64,000 nt of DNA from Myxococcales bacterium (GTDB lineage Bacteria > Myxococcota_A > Polyangia > Polyangiales > Polyangiaceae), in assembly GCA_016704525.1 (NCBI GenBank), contig JADIZX010000009.1, forward strand, positions 42,625 to 106,624, written 5' to 3'. A program made the position numbers and the translations under genes. Every line of letters starts with the position of its first letter. Within the stretch, counting starts at the first letter, position 1. Below, piece after piece: positions 55,300-63,606 of the stretch. The notes below the pieces were generated by a model. That model did no database searches. It had not been told where the DNA came from and saw only the letters and a program-made list of their open reading frames with translations.

Positions 55300-57806
55300 C
55301 GGAGAGGGACGAGGGGCGTCCGCATCGCCTCGAGGAGGGTCGGGGCCATCGGGAGCAAGATCTTGTGCGAGACCGTGACGACCGGAAAATGTTTGATCGG
55401 GTTCACCTGCGGCTCGATGAGCAGGTTCACGTACACACGCACGAGGTAGGTCACGAAGAACCACACGAGCCCGAACGCGCCCTTCATGACGACGGCGAGG
55501 GTGCCCTGCCCGTCCCGGAAGGTGAGCCACTCGTCGACCGTGTAGATGCCCCGCTCCACGCGCTCGACGGCGCGCCGAGAGACATCGAGCGCGAGCGCGA
55601 CGAGCCCTGGGATCACGTGGCGCCGAAGGTTACCAATGCCGCGCAGGACGAGGTCGCTCGCCGACTCCTCCATCCGCGCGCCGAACGGGGTCCCGAAGAA
55701 GAGCGCCGCGACGACGAAGACGCCACCGGCCGCCGCCGCGCTGCCCGGAGCGGCGAGACCGTGACGCCGGGCGAACAGGAAACCGGGCGCCCCGAGGACG
55801 AGCGGCTTCAGCACCAACCGCGAGAAGAGCGCGAAGGGCGCGCTGCGAAGGAAGGCCTTCACGACGGGGCGGCTGAGGACCCACGAGGGAATGCCCACGA
55901 AGACGGTCCGCACCGCGGAGCCCGCAGAGGACAGCGCGCCGAGCGCGGCCCGCCGAAAGGGGAGACTGTGAAGCAGTCCATAGACGATGAGCGCCACCAC
56001 GGCCATTGAGAGGGTGGTGCGAATCGGAACGTGCGGATGACCGACTTTCTTGCCTATCCCGTGGGCCAGGTGCTGGAGAGCTTCGAGGAAGACGAACGCC
56101 GCGAGCAGGGGGATGACGGCGTGCAACGTGATCTTGCGGCCAAGAGAGGTACCAAAGGCCACTCCGCTCGCCTTCTGCAGCCCCCGAAGATAGACCTCGC
56201 CGGGTCGGTACACGCCATCGAGGCGAAGCGACAGCTGCCGATCCGCGCGGAGCAGCGCGTCCCCGCCGGTCAAGGCGGCGAGGGTGAGATTCCCCATCTT
56301 GAGGTTGCTCCGAGAGAGCGCGTCGCGAAGCTCTGACAGCCCCAGGAATCCCCGTTCCAAGATCTGGTCCAAGATCTCCGCGCAGAGCTTCTCTCGCGCG
56401 ACCTCCTCCGGCACGTTGGAGGGGCGCAAGCCGACCTCGTCGAGCACCGCTGTGAGGACCGGGAGGACCGAGCGCTCCACGTTCGTTCGAGCGCGGGAGA
56501 CGGCCGAGCGAAAGGTCGTCTCCAGGTCGCGCCTGTCGCCCGCCCCGATCTCGGCGCGGTGCGAGGTCACGAACGCGTGATGGAGGCGGCGCGCGATCCT
56601 GACGCGCGTGGCCATCGGCAGCGGACGCACGATCCGGCGTCGAAAGCCGGACGTCACCCAGGTGATCACGTCGACCGCGCGGCGCTCGCGCTCATGCTCC
56701 ACGCAGGCCTTCTGGAGGTCGAAGAGGACCCTCGCCTCGAGCGACCGCGGTGACCATGCGCCCGCCGCCCGCTCGGCGAGCGGCGCGAGGGTGCGCTCCC
56801 ACTCCGCCGCTATGGGGCCCGCCGGGCCCGCCTGCTCCGCCGGGTCGTCGTGCTCGGGTCGGAGCGCGGCCACGAGGCGAGCCGCGAGGGTCGAGAGGTC
56901 GGCGGTCGCGCCCGCGCGCGCTTCGGGAGTATCCAGCTGGAGCTGCAAGATCGCGGCGCGTGCGTGGTTCCCGTCGCTCCTGACGCGTTCGGCGAGCGCC
57001 CGGAGCACCCCGACGCGCGCCCCGGCTTGGGCCGCCGCGCGAGCGTCCCCGGCGAGCACCCGGCCGCTCTGCCGACGAGGCTCGCCGTCGCGCTCATCGC
57101 GCGGTGCGGGCGGCGCCCCCGCGGGACGCGAGCGGGCGAGCAGCGCGGCCGCGTCGAGCTCGAGGGCGAGCGCAGCTTCGACACGCGCCGTGTCCTCGAG
57201 GGTGGGGAAATACTTCGCGAGGTCTTGGGCCGCGAAGTGCCGCAGCTCGAGGAAGAAGGCGGCAAACTCGATATAGGCCTCCGCGTCGTCCCCTGGCGAA
57301 AACAGGAGGTGCTCGCCCTCGAGGACGGCGCGTATTTCGTCGAACTCGGTCTGACCGATTTGGTCAATCTTCGCCTTGAGCTCCGCGCTCCCCAGCGCGC
57401 CGCTTCGCACGCGGCTCTCGAGCTCGGCGTGCACGTGGCCATGGAACGCCGCCCGCCAAACGGCAGGGGCTCGATCGAGCTCCGGGAGGTCTGGCCGGGC
57501 GACGAGGATCACGCTCTCCGGGAGCTCGGCGACGCCGAGGTCCTCGAGACGGACGAGGCCCTCGAGGGCGGCGCGCGGCAGGACGATCACGTGCCCGTGC
57601 GGGACCTGGAGGCCCATGCCCGTGATTCCCCGATAGCGCTTCACCACGCGGCGCACGAGCCTCGCGTCCGCGACGACGGCCCGCGCCGTAGCCGCCTGCG
57701 TGGGCCCCCCTCGCCGCTCGGCGCCGTCGTCCGAAGGCGTGTCGACCATGGCCCACTCTACCGCGAAGACGCGAGTCATCGCAGCTCGCGGCGCGGCGGC
57801 GCGCAC
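55137..57806 (-). CDS. Large polytopic membrane protein, N-terminal ~830-aa fragment (frame breaks at ~55300)
   Basis: Long ORF with multiple TM helices in its C-terminal half and no recognisable catalytic motifs. Sequence quality collapses into Ser/Cys/Arg junk for the last ~54 codons. Confidence 0.55.
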   Translation of the reverse strand: MRAAAPRAAMTRVFAVEWAMVDTPSDDGAERRGGPTQAATARAVVADARLVRRVVKRYRGITGMGLQVPHGHVIVLPRAALEGLVRLEDLGVAELPESVILVARPDLPELDRAPAVWRAAFHGHVHAELESRVRSGALGSAELKAKIDQIGQTEFDEIRAVLEGEHLLFSPGDDAEAYIEFAAFFLELRHFAAQDLAKYFPTLEDTARVEAALALELDAAALLARSRPAGAPPAPRDERDGEPRRQSGRVLAGDARAAAQAGARVGVLRALAERVRSDGNHARAAILQLQLDTPEARAGATADLSTLAARLVAALRPEHDDPAEQAGPAGPIAAEWERTLAPLAERAAGAWSPRSLEARVLFDLQKACVEHERERRAVDVITWVTSGFRRRIVRPLPMATRVRIARRLHHAFVTSHRAEIGAGDRRDLETTFRSAVSRARTNVERSVLPVLTAVLDEVGLRPSNVPEEVAREKLCAEILDQILERGFLGLSELRDALSRSNLKMGNLTLAALTGGDALLRADRQLSLRLDGVYRPGEVYLRGLQKASGVAFGTSLGRKITLHAVIPLLAAFVFLEALQHLAHGIGKKVGHPHVPIRTTLSMAVVALIVYGLLHSLPFRRAALGALSSAGSAVRTVFVGIPSWVLSRPVVKAFLRSAPFALFSRLVLKPLVLGAPGFLFARRHGLAAPGSAAAAGGVFVVAALFFGTPFGARMEESASDLVLRGIGNLRRHVIPGLVALALDVSRRAVERVERGIYTVDEWLTFRDGQGTLAVVMKGAFGLVWFFVTYLVRVYVNLLIEPQVNPIKHFPVVTVSHKILLPMAPTLLEAMRTPLVPLRGPSWRTPSRAPRCSCCPASSASWCGSSTRTGSSTHTIAPSRSSLFGLAITARR

Positions 57807-57842
57807 CGCCGAGCCGAGGCGAACGCTTGGACGCGCGCAAAC

Positions 57843-59243
57843 TTAGGCCCAGATCGTGCGCTCGAGCTCGTCCATGAGGGACGCGGCGAGCGCGGGAGAC
57901 GGCACCCCCGCTCGCTTCGCGAGCTCGGCCTCCGGCGCGACACGAAGCTCCGCCCGAAGCGCCGACACGGCCTCGGTCATCGCCCGACGGACGTCGTCGC
58001 GCTGGGTCCCGGTGAGGTTCCGGAGCGACCACCGGTGCAGGCGCCACGACAGCTCCGCGTGGCGGGTCTCGTCCGCGGCGATCGCGGACATCGCGGCGCG
58101 GATCGTGGGGTCTTCTGCGCGCGCGGCCTGCACATGCGCGACGACCGCGCCGTACGTCTCGCGCACGCACCCCTCGACCGCGTTCTCGCGCGCGACGGCG
58201 TTCAGTCCCCGAGCCCCCACGCCCTCGACGCGGGGGCGGAGAGGCGAGACCCCGTGGCGGCGCGCGAGCCGCGCGGTGACGCGTGCGTGCCGCACCTCGT
58301 CCCGAGCGGCGCGCTTCGCGCGACGAACGAGGCGCTGCGGCGCCCCGGCGCGCGCGAGCTCCCCCGCGAGCCTCCGGAAGGAGACGACGCTCGCGCCCTC
58401 GAGCTCGGCCGCGCGCGCGAAGAAGCGCCCCACGGAGGGCGCGCCCGCGGCGTCCGGCTGGGCGACGAGCCCCTCGGGGCGCCGGCCGATCGCGCACGGA
58501 TCCGCGGGCAGCGACTTTCGCGCGACCGGGGTCACGGTGCCGTCCGTGGCGACCTTCACCGAGACCTCCTCCTCGACGAAGCAGTTCGCGTAAGGGAACG
58601 ACAGGTCGTAGCCGGTGGCCGTCGCGGTCGCGCGCGGCACGAGGTTCGGGTACTTGGTGCTGCAGAGCGGACTGCCGCCTCCGAAGAAGCGAGACATGAG
58701 CCACGCCTCGCCCGGGGTGTCGATCGGTCCAAAGAGCGCCTTCGCCTCGGCGAGCGTCGACGCCTTGCCGACCGTGTCTCCCCGCGTGAACACGATGTAG
58801 GACGTCAGACACCCCTCCGGCGGCCCAGCCTGATTCTGGCGACACGACGCGGGATCGGCGGGCTCGGGCAAGATGCGCAGCGCCGCGAGGGCGGCTTGGC
58901 ACTTCGCGGGGTCCGTCGCCGTTCCGCACGGTGTGCCCGCACCCTCGCTCTGGCTCGCTTTCCATTGCGCCACGAGGCCCGCGTCCGGGAGTGGGCCGCC
59001 GTCGCCTTGGGGCGTCGTCGCGTCAATGGCCTCCCTCCTCGCGCCGATGTAGTCGACCGCGACGGGGAGGCGCACGTCTTCGAAGGTGGCGGGGGGCCGG
59101 CAGGGGCCGCCGGGTGTTCCGCCCTCGGACGTACCGCCGTCGGAGGTGCCGCCGTCGGACGTTGATCCGACCGACCCACACCCCGCGCCGAGGACAGCCA
59201 GCGCCACCCCACGAATGACCGTCGACAACGCGCGTCTTTGCAT
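57843..59243 (-). CDS. Lipoprotein with Gly/Ser/Thr/Asp repeat linker and C-terminal ferritin-like helical domain
   Basis: Lipobox LAVLGAGCGS. TSDGGTSDGGTSEGGT is encoded by a 15-bp tandem repeat at ~59118-59172. C-terminal helical region with E/H-rich pairs resembling the ferritin-like superfamily. Confidence 0.55.
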   Translation of the reverse strand: MQRRALSTVIRGVALAVLGAGCGSVGSTSDGGTSDGGTSEGGTPGGPCRPPATFEDVRLPVAVDYIGARREAIDATTPQGDGGPLPDAGLVAQWKASQSEGAGTPCGTATDPAKCQAALAALRILPEPADPASCRQNQAGPPEGCLTSYIVFTRGDTVGKASTLAEAKALFGPIDTPGEAWLMSRFFGGGSPLCSTKYPNLVPRATATATGYDLSFPYANCFVEEEVSVKVATDGTVTPVARKSLPADPCAIGRRPEGLVAQPDAAGAPSVGRFFARAAELEGASVVSFRRLAGELARAGAPQRLVRRAKRAARDEVRHARVTARLARRHGVSPLRPRVEGVGARGLNAVARENAVEGCVRETYGAVVAHVQAARAEDPTIRAAMSAIAADETRHAELSWRLHRWSLRNLTGTQRDDVRRAMTEAVSALRAELRVAPEAELAKRAGVPSPALAASLMDELERTIWA

Positions 59244-59392
59244 CCGCGCAGTATGCGGCACTTCGGATCTGCCGGCACGCGCGGAATCACGCGCCGCGGC
59301 GAACCCGCTCGCCGAGCTGACTTATCGACCGGCGAAGCGTGGGGGCGAGACAGAGACAAGGCGCCATGCCATCGCGCATCGCGCGGGGTCGC

Positions 59393-59836
59393 TCACTCCT
59401 CGATGGCTTCGATGCCCTGCTCCGCCAGACGCGCCAGGCCGTCCTTCATGGCCTGCAGCTGCGCGGGCGCGTGTCCCTTCCACTCGGTGAGCTCGCCGAT
59501 GACTCGGAGCGGGGCCCGCGTGCGGTACGACCTCGTCGGGTTGCCTGGGAACTTCCTGTCCGTGAGGTTGGGATCGTCCTCGATCGGCCCGGTCGGCTCG
59601 ACGATGTAGATCCGGCCCGGTTCGCCTCCGACGGCGAGCTCTGCGCCCCACGTCGCGGCGTCCAGGGTGGCGGTCAGGTACACGAAGGCCGCGTTCTTCC
59701 TCTCGCCGTAGTTCGAGGCGTGACCGGGCCGGATCAGGTCGCCCGGCGTCAAGGCGGCCTTCGTGCCGTGGAGGTACCCCGGCGCGCCGAGGCTATCCGT
59801 CCACACCTGGAACGGCTCTGGTGGCAGCGTCGTCAT
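59393..59836 (-). CDS. arr: NAD(+)--rifampin ADP-ribosyltransferase
   Basis: Colinear match to the Arr family including HGTKAxLxxGDxI, WGAEL, and GRIYIVEPTGPIEDDPNLTDRKFPGNPTRSYRTRAPLRVIG. 147 aa from the internal Met MTTLPPEP. Confidence 0.85.
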   Translation of the reverse strand: MTTLPPEPFQVWTDSLGAPGYLHGTKAALTPGDLIRPGHASNYGERKNAAFVYLTATLDAATWGAELAVGGEPGRIYIVEPTGPIEDDPNLTDRKFPGNPTRSYRTRAPLRVIGELTEWKGHAPAQLQAMKDGLARLAEQGIEAIEE

Positions 59837-60171
59837 TGGCCGCGACGTTACGCGAGTCGCCGGGGCCGCGCGCTCGATCTCAAGACCAAGCATGTCACCG
59901 ACGGCGGCGACTCCGGCGGGCCGCTCTTCATCGAAGGGACCCACAAGCTCGTGGGCACCGAGACGCGCTTCAACCCGACGACCAACAAGGACTTCTGGGC
60001 GCGCCTGGACGGCGCCGTCTACACGTGGATCGCGGGTCGAGTGACCACGCACGGCGGCTGGGGCGCGACGTCCTCGCGCTGGTAGCGCCGGCGGCCCCAC
60101 CGAGCGCGCGGCGACAGCCCTGCGCGCCGCGAGCCCCCGCGCGACCTTCGCGAATGGTAAGAAGGGCTTCG

Positions 60172-60771
60172 ATGGCGCCGGTCATTCCCGATCCCCAACG
60201 CGTCCGCAGCTTCGAGGACGGGCCCGCGTTCGAGGCGTGGCTCGCCACGCACCACGCGAGCGAGCGCGAGCTGTGGCTGAAGATCCACAAGAAGGGCTCT
60301 GGGCTCCCCACGGTGACCTACGCGGAGGCGCTGGACGTCGCGCTGTGTTGGGGCTGGATCGACGGCCTGAAGAAGTCGTTCGACGAGGCCTCGTTCCTGC
60401 AGCGCTTTACCCCTCGCAAGCCGCGGAGCGTGTGGAGCCAAGTCAACCGCGCCCACGTCGCGCGCCTCATCACCGCCGGGCGGATGACGGAGCACGGCCA
60501 GCGACACGTCGAGGCCGCCAAGGCGGACGGGCGCTGGGATTCGGCTTATGCCCCGAGCAGTCAGATGACCATCCCCGAGGACCTGGCGGCGGCCACCAAG
60601 GCCGTGCCGGAGGCGCTCGCGACGTTCGAGCAACTCACGAAGCAGAACGTGTACGCGCTCGCGTATCGCACGCGCAGCGTGAAGACCGCGTCGGCGCGCG
60701 CCGTGAAGATCCAAACCTTCGTGGCGATGCTGGCACGCGGCGAGACCATCTATCCGCAAAAGGCGCAGTAG
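60172..60771 (+). CDS. ydeI: YdeI/OmpD-associated family protein (DUF1801-type)
   Basis: Family-typical features along ~199 aa (FEAWLATHHASERELWLKIHKKGSGLPTVTYAEALDVALCWGWIDG, ...YPQKAQ C-terminus). Confidence 0.7.
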   Translation: MAPVIPDPQRVRSFEDGPAFEAWLATHHASERELWLKIHKKGSGLPTVTYAEALDVALCWGWIDGLKKSFDEASFLQRFTPRKPRSVWSQVNRAHVARLITAGRMTEHGQRHVEAAKADGRWDSAYAPSSQMTIPEDLAAATKAVPEALATFEQLTKQNVYALAYRTRSVKTASARAVKIQTFVAMLARGETIYPQKAQ

Positions 60772-60840
60772 ACCCGCGCGAAACTTCATGTCCACGTCGG
60801 AGTATCGGTGGCGACCTGCACGTGTACCGCGCGTCACGCG

Positions 60841-61620
60841 TCACCGGTACGGTGGCCCCAGCACCTTGCCCCGATGAAAGCGGATCAGGCAGAACCGCTC
60901 CGCCGCGTGCCGCGTGGCCTCCGCGAGGCGCTCCTCCGCGCGGGCGCGAGGGTAGGTCCCAACGTGTGCGCGCCCCCGGTAATGCGTGGTCAACATGCGG
61001 TGGTAGGCGCGACGCCCAGGCAGGTCGAAGCCGTGCGCCAGGATGTGTAGGACGTCCTCCATGGTCGACGTGTCGTCGTTGAGGACGTACACGGCCACTT
61101 CCGCGTCTTCGACCTCCGCCTCCTCGGGCAGATCGTCCCTCGGCGACACGTCCAGAACGGCGCGGAGCGCGCATCCGGCGAGGAGCCGCGCGGTCTCGCC
61201 CTCGGTGGCCCCAAGCCCGGCGACCAGGTCTCCGCGCGACATGACGGTCGCGCCTCGACGACGGGTGCGCTCGAACGCGTGCGACAGCATGTGGCCGACC
61301 CTCGGCGACGGAGCGCCCGCTCGGGCCTCGGCCGCGACCGCGGGGGAGGCCAAGACGGGGAGCAGGGCCTCGCGTGCGGCCTCGACGGCCCCGGGCGTGC
61401 CGTCGCGCAGCCAAGCCTCAACGGCCTCGTCCTCGAGCGCCGCGAGCAGCACGCGCTCGGGCGTCGCGTGGAGCTGGTCGTAGCCGAGCGCGTCCCCTGC
61501 GGCCAGCTGGAGGATGACCCGCGTCTCGGGGGCGAGCGGGTAGTTCTCCCACGGATGCGCGCGCTCCTGACGGGGAAGCAAGCGCGAGAGCCACCGTGCG
61601 ACCCACTGGACGGCGTTCAT
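60841..61620 (-). CDS. ClpS-like Clp protease adaptor fused to an N-terminal Clp_N-like repeat region
   Basis: C-terminal ClpS core (VAVYVLNDDTSTMEDVLHILAHGFDL...HYRGRAHVGTY). N-terminal helical repeats resembling Clp_N. Start at Met MNAVQWVA. Confidence 0.65.
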   Translation of the reverse strand: MNAVQWVARWLSRLLPRQERAHPWENYPLAPETRVILQLAAGDALGYDQLHATPERVLLAALEDEAVEAWLRDGTPGAVEAAREALLPVLASPAVAAEARAGAPSPRVGHMLSHAFERTRRRGATVMSRGDLVAGLGATEGETARLLAGCALRAVLDVSPRDDLPEEAEVEDAEVAVYVLNDDTSTMEDVLHILAHGFDLPGRRAYHRMLTTHYRGRAHVGTYPRARAEERLAEATRHAAERFCLIRFHRGKVLGPPYR

Positions 61621-61701
61621 GGTTCGAAGTACGCGCGGCGCGCCGCCTTCTTCCCTGATCTCCCGCGCCGCTGCCTGCGGCCCGCGCGAGCTGACGATCA
61701 T

Positions 61702-62127
61702 TCAGTGGACAGTGCGTGGTGGCCCCAGCGCGACGATTGGGTTCTGTGGAAACGGAGCCGCGCGATGCGAGCTCGAGACGACGAGGACGGCAAGCCGCCC
61801 CGCGATCTCGAAGGTCGCAACCGTGGCGGGCGCGCCGAAGTAGCGGATCGGCAGGAGGTCGACGCCGCTGTCCGTGGCTTCCGAGCACGTTGACGATTGC
61901 GTCGGCGCTTCGACGTGGTGGAGCGAGGAGAGGGCCTTCTGATAGCTCTCTCCCGTTCTCGCCATCCTCGCCCGCACCGCGAGGATGGCGAAGCGGGCAG
62001 CGCCCAGCTCGTGATCCGCCATGTGCGCCGTGGCGGCGGCGTGGCCTGCCGCGCGGGCTACCTCGCGGGCGGCGGCGTCGGATGCGCTCCTGGCGGCTGC
62101 GTGTGCGGCGAAGGCTGCCTCCCGCGC
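61702..62127 (-). CDS. Hypothetical protein (weak call)
   Basis: The C-terminal ~90 aa of track ORF 61702..62463 are protein-like (ESYQKALSSLHHVEAPTQSS...). The N-terminal part overlaps the tandem repeat and is probably not coding. Start guessed at the internal Met. Confidence 0.3.
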   Translation of the reverse strand, partial: AREAAFAAHAAARSASDAAAREVARAAGHAAATAHMADHELGAARFAILAVRARMARTGESYQKALSSLHHVEAPTQSSTCSEATDSGVDLLPIRYFGAPATVATFEIAGRLAVLVVSSSHRAAPFPQNPIVALGPPRTVH

Positions 62128-62182
62128 CATGCCCACCGTGGCCTCGCCCCTCGCCCACGCCCGGACGACCTCGCGGGGCTCA

Positions 62183-62355
62183 GGGGCGATGACCAAGAGC
62201 GGCGCGCAAGCGCCGCGAACAGGGTGGAGGCGCCGGGAATCGACCACCCCTGTACGGAGGCCTGGCGCAGTCCAGGGGCGCGATGACCAAGAGCGGCGCG
62301 CGAGCGCCGCGAACATTGTGGAGGCGCCGGGAATCGAAAACGGTTCCCGGCGTCC
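62183..62355. repeat. Tandem direct repeat, two copies of ~93 bp, each with a GC hairpin (GAGCGGCGCGCAAGCGCCGC) and a CGCCGGGAATCG motif
   Basis: Copy 1 at ~62183-62274 and copy 2 at ~62275-62355, over 85% identical. Repeated peptides in overlapping ORFs confirm the duplication. Confidence 0.6.
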
Positions 62356-62612
62356 AAAAAGACACCGGAAACCCCGAAGAAAGCGACCTTCGCGACCGGG
62401 ATACCCTACCAGCCGTTGCGATATTCGACGCTTCGCAACCGGCCGTTGCTGAACACGCGTCACGGGGACGGGTGGGCAGCGCCGAGGGTACCACGCCCGA
62501 CCCTCTCGAGGCCACCATCCGCGCTGGCCTCGACGCCCTCGTTCAGGCCGCCATCCGGGCGGAGCTCGAGCGCAGGCGCGGAGCCTCGGAGTAGAGCGCG
62601 ACGAGCCGGTGA

Positions 62613-62870
62613 AGGCTCAAGAGACGGCACCTCAACGAGTCGCAGAGGGGCATGGTCGCGCTCGCGGTGGAGAAGTTGTACGCGGCGGAGGCGAAGCCGA
62701 AGAGTACGGCCAATCTCAAGCGTGGGACAGAGAAGCCCGAGGTGGCAGATTTGCCACCTCGGGAATCGGGCGACCCGGTCAAGGCGAGAGAGAGGGCCGC
62801 CGCCGCCCTGAGCGTCTCACCCCGTCTCGTGCAAGACGCCAAGAAGGTCGACCGAGGCTCGCCAGGATGC
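62613..62870 (+). pseudogene. Remnant of a phage/plasmid ParB-like (ParB/Srx nuclease-associated) gene: internal fragment only
   Basis: Frame encodes ...ESQRGMVALAVEKLYAAEAKPKSTANLKRGTEKPEVADLPPRESGDPVKARERAAAALSVSPRLVQDAKKV, matching the conserved central region of phage ParB-like proteins. It is preceded by an in-frame stop, lacks the ParB N-domain, and degenerates afterwards. Local GC is lower. Confidence 0.4.
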
Positions 62871-63277
62871 CCCAGGACGCGCCCGCCGGCCGAGGGTGGC
62901 CGTTGGGTCACCCGGTGCGCGCGGAGGCCGCAGCGGGCAACGTGGCGAGGGTCAACTTGCCCCCGGATACAAGTTGCAGGCGCGCCAGCAACCCCGGCCG
63001 TCATGACCTCGGTTGCCCGGCGCGAACGGTTCGACGGCGCCGACCCTGGACCGTTCGCGCCGCTAACTACGCGGAATTGTTCGTTGCCGGATTCTCTGGC
63101 AGTGCTTTTCCTGCGGGTTTTCGACGGCGCCGTGCGCGCGGGAAAGTCGGGGGAAAGTCCCCACGTTCGTGCACCGCGACCTGTCGGAACTTCGCCCGAG
63201 CGCAGCGCCTCGAAGCCCTCGGAGTCGAGCCCAAGCCAGCCCTCCAGGGAGGCCGAAGGTGTTCCGCGACCTCTGAG

Positions 63278-63526
63278 TCAGGCCGCCGCGGAGGCGGTCG
63301 CGGGTTCGCTCCACAGGGCAACGTCGATCCCAAGGAGCACGTGGTACGCGGACACGAGGTCACCGCCCGGTGCTGTGCCCGTGAGCGCGCGCCCCACCGA
63401 CGACTGGGAGACCCGACGTCCGACGCGAGCGGAGAGCATGTCCGCGACCGCCTGCTGTGTGAGGTGCTTCGCCGTCATGATGCGCGCAAGCTCGACGGCC
63501 GCACGCGTGAGTTGTGTTCTACGCAT
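63278..63526 (-). CDS. XRE/cI-like helix-turn-helix transcriptional regulator
   Basis: 82-aa HTH core LTQQAVADMLSARVGRRVSQSSVGRAL. Divergent from a second HTH gene. Confidence 0.55.
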   Translation of the reverse strand: MRRTQLTRAAVELARIMTAKHLTQQAVADMLSARVGRRVSQSSVGRALTGTAPGGDLVSAYHVLLGIDVALWSEPATASAAA

Positions 63527-63606
63527 CGGACGATCATTCTAGCGCAGGATCGATCGTCGTCAACCGTCCTTGCGTGACGCGCGCATCGCTTCTAGGCTTC
63601 GGGCGC

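Noticed and set aside
62183-62355. Possible tRNA 3' half (TTCGATTCCCGGCGCCTCCA) inside the tandem repeat, considered as an att site or tRNA gene
   Set aside because: The would-be T-loop is 10-14 nt rather than 7. No matching acceptor 5' strand or D- and anticodon arms sit 70-75 nt upstream. No full cloverleaf can be built, so it was not called a tRNA.
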